From the IMG/VR virus record IMGVR_UViG_3300020448_000002, positions 62,270 to 126,269 of that record: a stretch of 64,000 nt of DNA; one strand, 5' to 3'. The notes beneath the pieces are model-generated. The model saw only the letters and a list, made by a program, of their open reading frames with translations. It had not been told where the DNA came from and searched no databases. The DNA comes from a virus. A program made the translations under genes and the position numbers. Shown piece after piece: positions 12,001-18,241 of this stretch. The first letter of the stretch is position 1, and every line of letters begins with the position of its first letter.

Positions 12001-15000
12001 GCAGGTGATTCAGTTTACATTGATACTAATTCACTAAGATTTACTTGTTCTCAAGATGATCATTTAACACAACATGATTATCCACGTCCTACTGATCCTG
12101 CAGCTAAGCATGTAATGGAAGTTAAGGCTAAAGATGATAATAGATTTGTAATTAACGTTGGTAAATCTCCACAAGACAAACGTTATGATCACTTATTTGT
12201 TAGTGGCGATGCTAATTCTATCACTAAGTCTAAGTATGTAATTACAAATTGTTCTGACGTTTACACAACTACAAACAACTTAATTGATATTCTTAGAGAT
12301 ACAATAACTCAAGCTGCTTTACCATCTCCTGTAGATCATCTTGCAACTATTACTGATCTTCTTCCAGTAGATGAATTTGTTGGTGGAACAATTCATTCAT
12401 ATCTTGAAGTACCATTCAAAATTACATATGAAGATGATGCATCAGAAATGGTATACACAGATAGAATTGATGTATTCAGTCGTTACAGATTCCGTGATGC
12501 TGCTAATTTAATTCGTCAAAATACAGGTGCTATTGTAGATAAAGCATCTTATGATATGTTAATTCGCTACCCTGCTCTTTATCAGGATATGCCTAGAAAC
12601 CAAGGTGGTACATCTACAGATGGAATCGAGCGTTGTAAGACTGACCTTACACAGGTTTGTGGTGGAGTTGCTAATGATATAGAAAATGGTGGTAATAAGA
12701 ATGTTGTTACTGCTGCAGGATTCTACCTTGGTCAAAATAATGAAATTCAACATATTAGATTACAGTTACCACAATCAATATATGTTCATAACCGTTTAGT
12801 ATACTACTTAAAGCAAGCAATAGATGGAAGTTTAACAACTGATAATACAGAAAATCTTATTGTTGGAGATTGGGGTATTACAAATGATGATAGTGTAACA
12901 ACTTATGATGTATATGATGCATCTTATGACGCAGCAAGTGGTGATTTAGTGATGACTCTTGCATCAAATACTGGAACATTTAGTGTTAGTGGTGCAGTCT
13001 ATAATCCAACATCAGGTGATTTAGTTCTTACAATCGGAACTCATACTTTAACAACTAATGATAAGGTTGGAATTGCTGAGGAATCATTAGTATTCACTTG
13101 TGATTACAATGGTAATGGTAATCAAACTCAGAAGAGATATCCTAGATCATTTGGTGCTGGTACAACAAATGGTGCTGATTATGCATACAATCAATTCCTT
13201 GATATTACAGCAGTAAATCAATCTGGTGGAACAATCACTGTTAACGTTAATGGTGGTCAAGGTGCTATTACAGATACCACAACTCATAACTTTGTTGTTA
13301 CTCCATCTGCTACAAATGCAGTTACTGTTGGACACGGATTTACTGCAGGAGATAGTTTACAGATTGCTAATGAGGGATTAACATTTACATGTTCAATGGA
13401 CGGTAATGTTGCTAATAAAACATATCCTCGTGCAACTGATCCTGCATATGGTAAGTCACTTACAATTACAAATGCTACTGCTACAACAGTAACTGTTAAT
13501 GTAGGAGCTTCTCCAGAAGTTAAGTATACTCCAACATTCGCAACATATACTGCTACAACTGGTGTATTAGTTCTTACTATTAGTAACCATAATTTAGAAG
13601 TTGGTCAACCAATTAAGATTAATCAAGGTGCATTGAAGTTTACTTGTGCAATGGATGGAAATGAATCTATCAAATCTTATCCAAGAACTAGTGATCCATT
13701 CTACAACCAACCTATTGATATTACTGCAACTACAGCAGATACTATTCAGTTAAACGTTGGGCAGAGTCCATTAGTTTTACACAACGTTTCTAATGCTACT
13801 TACGATCCTACTACAGGTGTAATGGTATTGACAATAGGAGCTCATACTTTGACTGCAGGTACTAGCATTAAACTTGCTACTGAATCATTAGTCTTTACTT
13901 GCACATTAGATGGTAATACAATTCAGAAATCATATCCTCGTGCTACTACTGCTAATACAGGAAGTGGTGCTGATTATGCATACGATACTGCAATCAATAT
14001 TGATTCTGCAGATACAGCAGCAGGAACTATTACTATCAACGTAAATGGTGGACAAGGTGCTATATCTGATACATCAGCACATACATTTGTTTCTGCTAAT
14101 GCAGGTGCTGTAAGATCAGGTGGTGATTATGTTCATACATTCCATTCTGCAGAGACTGAATGTGTAATCTCAGGTGGTGAATATACTCACGTATGGGCAG
14201 GTGGTACTGCTACCGATGTAGTTAGTGTTATCGGTGATTGTGCAGATGTTAAGAGTAATATCGAATCATTAATTAATACAGTTAATGATATTATTGCACC
14301 TACAGGTCTAGATTATGATACTGCAGGTAATAGACTTTACTTTAACAGAGAACTTATTGCTTCAGATGTAACTTCTAGAATGTTAACTGAGTTTACATAT
14401 CAAGCAGGTCCTACAACATACTTTGCATTCCAATTTGGTGGAACTAATATAACAGCAGCAGAATTCCAAGCAGATGTTGAGGTAGTTATTCAGAATCTAA
14501 TATCTGATTTACAGACTGGTGGTAATAATAGTTCTATCAGGGCACTTGAAGAAACATATCTCAATGCAGATGGAACACTTCATAGAATTGAAGATATGCT
14601 TTTACCAACCGTTTATGGTATGGAAGTTCTTAAGGAAGCAGGTAGAGAAGCAATTAGAAATAACATATACAATGCATCAGAAAATATTCCTTTCGGTGGA
14701 TATGTAACAAACGCTGCTCAAACACCTTTCAGAGATGATTTAGAGACTGTAGATATTGATCAAGTAATTGGAGATTGGAATAATCTTCTTGATCATGTAA
14801 TTGAATTCTTCTCACCTGGCAAAAAAGAGGCTAGGAATGGTATGAAGAATATTCTTTATAATGTAAACTATTATAAGAATGAATTAAACAACCTTGTTAA
14901 TACTCAGTTTGGTAATGGTGCTTGGGTTTATAATGATTTTGTTGATGAGTTAGTTGGAAATATAGTTCAAGACTCTGTTACAACTCCTATAGATCATAAG

Positions 15001-18000
15001 ACTACAGCAAGAAGACTAACTCTTACAGGTGTAAGTGGAGAATTTATAGTTGATCAAGTTATAACTGCTAATGGTGGTGGATACGCTAAGATTCTTGAAT
15101 GGGATAGTAAAGATAGACATTTATATATCGGACCTTTCCTTAGCGGTACAATTTCTGCAGGTGAAACTATTACTGGTAGCACTGCAGGTGCTGCGACTAT
15201 TGCAACTGGAGGAGTTGGTATTCCATTTGATTGGTATACACGACCATCAAACGTTGAAATTCTTAGAAATGCAAGATTAATTAGTTCTACTGTTCAAGAT
15301 CAATTAATAGGTCAAAACGTTGGTTACAATTATCCAGAAGATTTATCTAGTGGTAATACACTTACTGAAGTAACTATATCTACTGATAGTGCTGTTGCAC
15401 CTGATAACGCAGTTACTGCTGATAAGATTGTTGCTTCAACTACTGTTGGTGAACATTTGTTGTTCAGAAATTATAGTTTAAGTGCATTTGAAACATTTGA
15501 CGGTGGCACAGTTAGATTTGACTCATCAACAGAAACATTTGATACTGGACAAATAGGAACTACTGAATCACAGCAATTTACTTACTCTGTATTCTTAAAA
15601 GCAGGTGAGTATAGTAAAGTTCGTTTCGAGATGGCTCTTGATAGAGATACTACTCAAAGACAGCAATTATTCTATGATATTGATTTAACAAATGGAACTA
15701 CAGGTAGTATCTTCCAACCTCAAGGTGGTCTTACAGTAGATGCAACTGGAGTGATTCCTTATGGTGGAGGATGGTATAGAGCATACGGAACAATTACATG
15801 TTCATTTGGTTTCTCTCAACTTCGTCAACAAATTCAAATTAAGAATGCTACTGGTCAAACTAGTTTTGCAGGTAATGCATCTGATGGTGTCTTTGCATGG
15901 GGTCTAAAACTTACTAAAGGAACTATTGATCCTTATGCTGCTACAAGTGGAGATGTATTCTACGCTGATACTGAATACAATATTAAGACATATACAATCG
16001 ATAGATTAGAAGAATGGATGTATGATGCATTGAAAGATCAACTTGTTAATCCTTCTCCTAGTGCAGCGTTTACACCTTTCTTCAGCGATAGTGCATCTAC
16101 TTATTATCATCCAGATTCAATTCAAAGATTAGTAAGATATAGTTTAGAAATTGTTCGTAATCAATTATTAAATAGCACTTACTATACTGATATTATTGTT
16201 CAGAATGGAATAACTGTTCCAACTAAAGATTATGGAACATTCGACCTTCCAGTTGCTCTTGCAGGTGGTCTTGATGGTGCTGATTACTTATATGGTTTAG
16301 AAAGTGGATCATATGCTGAATTAGAGAAAGTTACTATAAACGAAGGTGAAGTTGTTCAAGTATATCAAAGATTCCGTATTGATAGTAATATTGTTGATGG
16401 TCCTTACTTCATGAATGAAGTTGTTCAAAAACAAGGAGACTCAACTGTTACAGGTGTTGTATATGGATTCTATGAAGATGATAACTTTAAGTATCTTGAT
16501 GTTGCAGTTACTGGTGGAACATTCGCAGTATTAGATTATGTTGTTGGTGCAACTAATACAACAACTGCACAAATTAATGCTATTGAAGATAGAATACAAA
16601 TCACTGATCTTGAAGGAGAATTTACTGATAACATTCCATTCAAGGGATATGATACAGGTGAAACTGCAATCCCAACTGGATTCTTAAAAGCACAAGCTGC
16701 TGTTACTGACAATAGTGGTGGTAAATTAACTGTTGATACTGAAACTCTAATAGGTACATTTGAAACATCTGCTGTAATATATCCTGAGCAATCAAAATTA
16801 TTCTTAGATGTTTCTAGGTATGAAGGATTAGATGTATTGATTGGTTATAGAATTTCTTCTGCAGGGCATACAAGAATTGGTATTACAATTCAAAATAACA
16901 AGAACGTATTTACAGTTGGTAATAAACTCAATAAGATTACTAACGGTGTTATTGATCCTAATAACTATGGTTATATTACTGAAGTTGATATTGATAATAA
17001 TATTATTTACTACATCTTAGCAGCAGGATCTATTACTAATGGTGATCAAGTTGGTGACTTTGGACCTGCACCTGATCCACTCAATCCATTAGGACACGCA
17101 GTAATTAATACTAAGTTAGATGTTGCAGGAGCTGCTAGTGCAGTAATTCAAGACATCAAAGATGTTGGTGTTAACAAACGATTCTATCTAACAAATGTAA
17201 CAGGAACATTCAGTGGTAGAGATGGAATCTTTGGTAAGGATAATTATAAAGCATCAGTTATAACTAAGACTGATCTTAGAGGACGTGTTGAACGTGCATT
17301 CAGAGGATTTGATGGAACACAAACTAACTTTAAGTTAACCATCTCAAACGGAACCAAGTACTTCCCAGATCCTGCAGGACATATGTTGATCTTCATCAAT
17401 GGTGTTCTACAACCACCAGGTTCAGCAAATGCTTATACAGCATTCTCAGATAACATCCAGTTTACTGAAGCACCTGATCTTGGAGCATCATTCACAGGAT
17501 TCTATGTTGGTAAACTAAGACAATTAGATGATATATCATTTGAGTTTGATTCATTACGTCAGTCATTCAACTTGAAACGTGACGATGTGTTCTACTCATT
17601 GACGCTGACTGATGGTGTTCAATCTTCTACAATCTTACCAGAAAATAATATTATTGTTTCACTGAATGGTGTTATACAGGAACCAGGCGTTGGTTTTGAA
17701 CTAGTTGGTTCTAGAATAATCTTCTCTGAAATTCCTCGTGTAGGATCAACATTCGTTGCATTCTCATACGTTGGTTCTGAAGCAGACGTTGATGCTGCAG
17801 AAGTTGTACCACCAATAGAAGTGGGTGACTTCATTGACATCCAAGGTGAGACCGAAGATAGACAGGTTGCTGTTATCGAATCTTCTAACTCCTTGATTAC
17901 ATTTGATTATCTTGGATCTGTATTTGGACAGAATGCTTCAGCATCTGCTACTCTCACATCTGGAACTATTGATAGAGTTCAAGTAACATCTGGTGGATCT

Positions 18001-18216
18001 GGTTATACAACTAGACCAAATGTAAGAGTTGACTCCATATCTGGATTCGATGGAAACATTCGTGCACTAGTTGGTGTTGCAGGTGTTGAAATTAGTAATG
18101 TTGGTTCTGGATATCAAAATCCTATAATCAATGTTGAGACTTCAGTCCCAGATGACTGGACTGCTCCAGACTTAAGTCTATACGGAGAAGAGGGAGTTGA
18201 CCCCGAAACCCCATAA
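1..18216 (+). CDS. gp7: Giant baseplate wedge initiator-like virion protein (gp7-like), 5'-truncated; at least 6,071 codons in the window
   Basis: Frame 1 is open from base 1 (NISAIAKYSDTRFVLGG...) through the track start at 328 to TAA at 18214-18216. Contains the gp7-type motif KIQDSYYYQDFSYAVKS...WKEILLKNVHPASFKVFGE (~4480-4610), beta-propeller-like repeats, two LamG-like domains, GSGY repeats and nested YPR repeats. Lies upstream of gp8, as in cyanomyophages. Confidence 0.75.
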   Translation, partial: NISAIAKYSDTRFVLGGFTNTNSGNPFDAYIAVVDTLGNFAVKRKITSVNVSEKVTDLLVNGTDIYYTLEIATSPNATSVDTGIGKATVGTSAITLVWTKQLTNTLYSFMDTSLTVDEFSELYLTATTRLKADNTTKDGFWIGKLNTEGVFLWNYRYAVTGGYTVNVAKRTHIDIFGDLNIALNKYQNTDGELTVDVIKVGYNGIIKSQTNNKFNLNNVEGVTAHTLFPDSSGDVHVYGQTSWNRNELLIPFTSGATTDVTGHYTATFVGDGNSLQYDTSNGYAKLLGKDSTTPSTWVNSVIQVNGSDLTTKMTGDWTIEFMLFKDAANNNNTHSQTQQTLIAIGDATLSTGGLWLYYDIASGEMQLVVTANGTALNSASGSLQSTVTTMFADNTWQFVALTKSAGQFTAYVNGIQVLQGTIDNTAFQNQNLYIGNIPGKSGTLNQFRSNEQGQYHVDNLRVRNRAVTPTVPNDVTNYPIAGEFSEGFTWTDTSWFSTYTNKYDYIDYVGWGLKVDKNSDAARLGTQTVQTNTQVGFVRTAIAIQTGSELTVNNTGFGLAEAGFQNLDFDDADTTMTQDSDSLTYVQDVWSSRTATVPSPGSQKLRVTAVVKDRYYFKVTPTIKIDNIQELTLNQQFRFTTGTKLVLRSSSGSFINSGYIIRQNSVGNKIYLAVNNNAWSNDLNTGELSTEQFNEQSTYGIVGPIPADINELIFTFPLLNNTTPGTFDIDLNNFNHPEGGSNNLDELTNFKPYTDDDYSIRIDEVSGGSPYIVGSVVNINSGDISFNAAYTTAQIINLTGVLKITLVATLKKIIQVTGVANSDEVYIVTGNSHYLTEGEMVNIDGNPSQTVDSVVYDEYDGAFPVHTVVSPVEFTYKLPSAAITAPATSSGSVNIYVKSPVLKMYYGHQYLFDVSHSSMAGGNLSFSKDNLYKLEYSFNSIERVGTPGITGQGVANPTVKLKVDSDIVTNISYYFDPSRTGDDSPVIKASYLDVVNSPYVGNFTISSTSGATITRGADTFKFPLANEPEGIADVINTSYSTSSLKAVGSISDIRIVNGGGFYTRLPVVTTIQSSRQIERVQIDSPGTEYAVGVYNSVPIAGDGEGGFVSITVADGTDDEGVTIPGQIQSVVVTSPGKGYTTASIDVESISGILGAGLTGSGVDLNVVIPPAGTGASIFTKGTKVGKIKKLQNNNFGYDYPHDYTLRPEISFPINAQLTSTSILDSITVTDPGSGYSQAPTVVITGGGGANATAEASIKNGRLDDIIVKDPGSGYSSAPTVALRSSFNYVVNLDLGLLQFAFPHGIVNGSEVTLTVTDTGDGAEFPLAAGAIGRLNSTNTYYAIAGTANSLEENQLKIAITAANAALGDSISFVNAGTGRQTILTESFGGAATANVITSTFLEGELVYQGDSLDAATASGYVSTNQGWQVGPRIIKIVDYTGNFNANERITGVISKSSGVISDLKIARGVLEIGSITKTTGQFIDDIGKPSEIIQKIQDSYYYQDFSYAVKSAVSIGEWKEILLKNVHPASFKVFGELNLSDYGQIPNKETDFQITKAVELAREAIVPNIQSFSLVEPVYSQFNNSEVLFRQKRLTSSENILTSVVQRIDDISNEFDGVKTQFQLKVNGENVVANANQLMIILNGVAQTPETSFNIQGDSIVFSQPPQPPASIKYVNVTIEQITISVLEFTNISGIFPIKGNTMTGQTSGTRFTVTTVVGQTVQGFFVEGTAFLADELVSNSATGFIANYASVSTLSNLGLFVFGEQVSNLTGETAKVEAINLAGGSEAPLGQLRYGIGPSTASVEVVAAKTVSTDPDTAPVAGTFTVSGNYQIGSEIVTVTNITTNNDSVTLEITRGQLGTTAATQAEDGPVYATTVLVNDKLTLSKTTGTYQSTPGLFDLALNDVIIGAQSGVVARLTATSTYQDPTTNEFIGQVNISEGSSFFGLLFNRVTSITYPNIVLDDISLSTISVVDYTDYVTDIDSQFPANEFISQIVIPYDNASGKLSVGEKIRNYKLDYGNNVGTFNSGESGKSRKLSFKDKVGTGLFSTGDTIRTRDTKAEVIGFNFSGNTIYLGKIGRSLRGGADYHQFNFSGSAQLDTSIKKFGDSSLQLDLATSDYIQIPASSEFTRGTGDYTIEFWVRLDAVSLADTKTLLDMRTSATEVALRIYLQAAQVRVNVNGSDIATSGGNALNNNVWYHLVIQRTGTTLKIISNGVEIGTGTDSSNYTLDRPIRIGADLSGLNPITAHIDEFRYSTVSRYDTLPFTSPNGIFQGDTDTKVLCHFDGADGATKTEDWSGGESFTKGEYVNNDSILTTYSSNPTAAPVGFNTKSHRYINAADLLLMNKEYLAQETVYIMKEVFPAHSVKGSEVDCEDDVRDVVDAIVEDLRNGSNHHMWKAASYYVNREVNPIQIVNVEDDVSMTVYVYEILDKLAKYIVNNVPWSTQGDHGVTQKFDTSITFDGYTTQTLTKFTPTAIDYHPSMGDMEITAASHGLAAPRTITATDSGYTATTGVLTIQSVGHSLETGDRIKFEPNSITMTCTCDGNTVSQSYPRDDDPANQGWLEVSKIDNDNFSVNVGTSPTVNFTATAADYDSNTGFLTMDIGDNDLRPGSKYTVSNAAYNPTSGVMTVSIGNDQYNVIDADYSPLSGDLEIFVMSHNLKTGQKVKIANDGLTFRCSQDDYATDHPYPRATDPARNTALEVIHVTDTSFTVNVGKSPIVTYDVSNATFNPNTGDMELTIGNHSLASGTSIRIATQSIGFTCTYGAGVHYYPRPLIDEHVPTNVAYNPTTGVVTFTVTQGHGIKNGDKVKIPDYTLTFTCDKDNNATEHRYPRPYDPISDKWIPVSNVQTTSFDVQVLDNAPSTNTSTHTFVSFTGVIQQKRDKSFEQSVAITGTTGTTITLNVGISSNTTTHTYSTSKAGAVITGGNYKHKFRSAVDNAITVEHGLYVGDRVMFDRDSLTFTCLEDSNATEHTYPRITDPYYNKWLPISNVTHTTFDVQVLSSTPSTNQTAHTFVRAKVNGLTRSGETLKLAKDALSFTCSQDNDATVHSYPRVDDSVYNTAIPIWSNGSTKMTAQSATYNTAEGLLIITILNHGLTVGTEIRLENNSLVFTCAKDGNKTEHSYPRPKDPYAARWLRIKAVTDHTFTVFIGEASSTGQFAHTFVRAVKDGIIKRDNTVTVNVGATPTKAYTPSAATYNASTGALELNIGSHSYPAPTQHTPTDVAYNPVSGVMTLTIAGHNFSNGEKIKIADNGIKLSCPYGGATGTAAQKDYPRSTDPVSNKWIPIFNVTTDTFDVQVLDSTPSTNVDTHTFVSAVTNCVSKANYTVKLAPDSLLMTCDMDSGATKHVYPRSNVATHTPSTGTSYNPVTGALTVSIPTESFTASAANYNVTTGACVLTISQNAGSYNVTGATYSPSVGTLVLTLGSHNLTTNDRIKITPESLRFTCDYNNDNNTTVHPYPRAAGAYNSTNSKADYAYDTWLDISAVTGTTITVNVNGGQGAITDISNHTFVGALDGAVQVGHGIVPGNKVKLAPNSLTFTCTLDGNSAQKSYPRATGANTTSGADYAYDKWLRVMDVGDNTITVNLNGGQGAISDTSAHTFVSATANGITLGHGMVAGTPIKIKDGGVIFRCAHDNNATLHPYPRSTDPASDKWLFIKNVSDTQFEVDILQGTTPTNTTTHTYAGSIDNCIVQGDPLVAQAIPIDAVTGNTITINALDGYTPSFTPNHTLDSVATSQFTPTNAVYNGTTGLMTITVQTANFQPSTVAYNAITGEMQMTIGTHSLAVGEEILIAPNSLTFTCDFNGDGNTTNKTYPRATGAATPSGADFAYNNQLVITDTTATTITVNVNGGGGAITDTTNHVFVSALADAVSVSHGIKNGEKIKIADNGITFTCTHDSNATNHPYPRVTDPASGRWLDVHNVTNTTFDVQVLDEIPSTNTTTHTFVSATTNAITRAIISTGGNYKHKFISGLTNGVRTGGDYTHTFVSATSNGIHVAGDSVYIDTNSLRFTCSQDDHLTQHDYPRPTDPAAKHVMEVKAKDDNRFVINVGKSPQDKRYDHLFVSGDANSITKSKYVITNCSDVYTTTNNLIDILRDTITQAALPSPVDHLATITDLLPVDEFVGGTIHSYLEVPFKITYEDDASEMVYTDRIDVFSRYRFRDAANLIRQNTGAIVDKASYDMLIRYPALYQDMPRNQGGTSTDGIERCKTDLTQVCGGVANDIENGGNKNVVTAAGFYLGQNNEIQHIRLQLPQSIYVHNRLVYYLKQAIDGSLTTDNTENLIVGDWGITNDDSVTTYDVYDASYDAASGDLVMTLASNTGTFSVSGAVYNPTSGDLVLTIGTHTLTTNDKVGIAEESLVFTCDYNGNGNQTQKRYPRSFGAGTTNGADYAYNQFLDITAVNQSGGTITVNVNGGQGAITDTTTHNFVVTPSATNAVTVGHGFTAGDSLQIANEGLTFTCSMDGNVANKTYPRATDPAYGKSLTITNATATTVTVNVGASPEVKYTPTFATYTATTGVLVLTISNHNLEVGQPIKINQGALKFTCAMDGNESIKSYPRTSDPFYNQPIDITATTADTIQLNVGQSPLVLHNVSNATYDPTTGVMVLTIGAHTLTAGTSIKLATESLVFTCTLDGNTIQKSYPRATTANTGSGADYAYDTAINIDSADTAAGTITINVNGGQGAISDTSAHTFVSANAGAVRSGGDYVHTFHSAETECVISGGEYTHVWAGGTATDVVSVIGDCADVKSNIESLINTVNDIIAPTGLDYDTAGNRLYFNRELIASDVTSRMLTEFTYQAGPTTYFAFQFGGTNITAAEFQADVEVVIQNLISDLQTGGNNSSIRALEETYLNADGTLHRIEDMLLPTVYGMEVLKEAGREAIRNNIYNASENIPFGGYVTNAAQTPFRDDLETVDIDQVIGDWNNLLDHVIEFFSPGKKEARNGMKNILYNVNYYKNELNNLVNTQFGNGAWVYNDFVDELVGNIVQDSVTTPIDHKTTARRLTLTGVSGEFIVDQVITANGGGYAKILEWDSKDRHLYIGPFLSGTISAGETITGSTAGAATIATGGVGIPFDWYTRPSNVEILRNARLISSTVQDQLIGQNVGYNYPEDLSSGNTLTEVTISTDSAVAPDNAVTADKIVASTTVGEHLLFRNYSLSAFETFDGGTVRFDSSTETFDTGQIGTTESQQFTYSVFLKAGEYSKVRFEMALDRDTTQRQQLFYDIDLTNGTTGSIFQPQGGLTVDATGVIPYGGGWYRAYGTITCSFGFSQLRQQIQIKNATGQTSFAGNASDGVFAWGLKLTKGTIDPYAATSGDVFYADTEYNIKTYTIDRLEEWMYDALKDQLVNPSPSAAFTPFFSDSASTYYHPDSIQRLVRYSLEIVRNQLLNSTYYTDIIVQNGITVPTKDYGTFDLPVALAGGLDGADYLYGLESGSYAELEKVTINEGEVVQVYQRFRIDSNIVDGPYFMNEVVQKQGDSTVTGVVYGFYEDDNFKYLDVAVTGGTFAVLDYVVGATNTTTAQINAIEDRIQITDLEGEFTDNIPFKGYDTGETAIPTGFLKAQAAVTDNSGGKLTVDTETLIGTFETSAVIYPEQSKLFLDVSRYEGLDVLIGYRISSAGHTRIGITIQNNKNVFTVGNKLNKITNGVIDPNNYGYITEVDIDNNIIYYILAAGSITNGDQVGDFGPAPDPLNPLGHAVINTKLDVAGAASAVIQDIKDVGVNKRFYLTNVTGTFSGRDGIFGKDNYKASVITKTDLRGRVERAFRGFDGTQTNFKLTISNGTKYFPDPAGHMLIFINGVLQPPGSANAYTAFSDNIQFTEAPDLGASFTGFYVGKLRQLDDISFEFDSLRQSFNLKRDDVFYSLTLTDGVQSSTILPENNIIVSLNGVIQEPGVGFELVGSRIIFSEIPRVGSTFVAFSYVGSEADVDAAEVVPPIEVGDFIDIQGETEDRQVAVIESSNSLITFDYLGSVFGQNASASATLTSGTIDRVQVTSGGSGYTTRPNVRVDSISGFDGNIRALVGVAGVEISNVGSGYQNPIINVETSVPDDWTAPDLSLYGEEGVDPETP
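7414..12237 (+). repeat. Nested array of 15 copies of a ~105-118 aa module (Y-x-P-x-x-G ... FTC-x-x-D ... YPR ... VNV ... HTFV) within the giant ORF
   Basis: 15 opening hairpin motifs, 15 C...YPR cores and 15 closing H-T/K-F strands counted in the translation. Uninterrupted copies lie at ~8332-8649, 9217-9531, 9658-9981, 10219-10572 and 11284-11631. Confidence 0.85.
12898..14229 (+). repeat. Second nested array of 4 copies of the same YPR module
   Basis: Four FTC...YPR cores, with stacked closing strands HTFVSANAG / GGDYVHTFHSA / GGEYTHVWAG at the end. Confidence 0.8.
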
Positions 18217-18219
18217 ATA
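18213..18219 (+). promoter_or_regulatory. T4-type late promoter (ATAAATA) overlapping the gp7 stop codon
   Basis: ccATAAATAa ~22 nt upstream of the ATG at 18242, followed by the RBS-like gagagga. Confidence 0.7.
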
Positions 18220-18241
18220 ACTACACAGAAAATAGAGAGGA

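Noticed and set aside
7414-14229. Assembly artefact as the cause of the scrambled repeat order
   Set aside because: The copies are highly diverged at DNA level, the reading frame is unbroken, and the fragments close in exactly balanced order, which misassembly is unlikely to produce.
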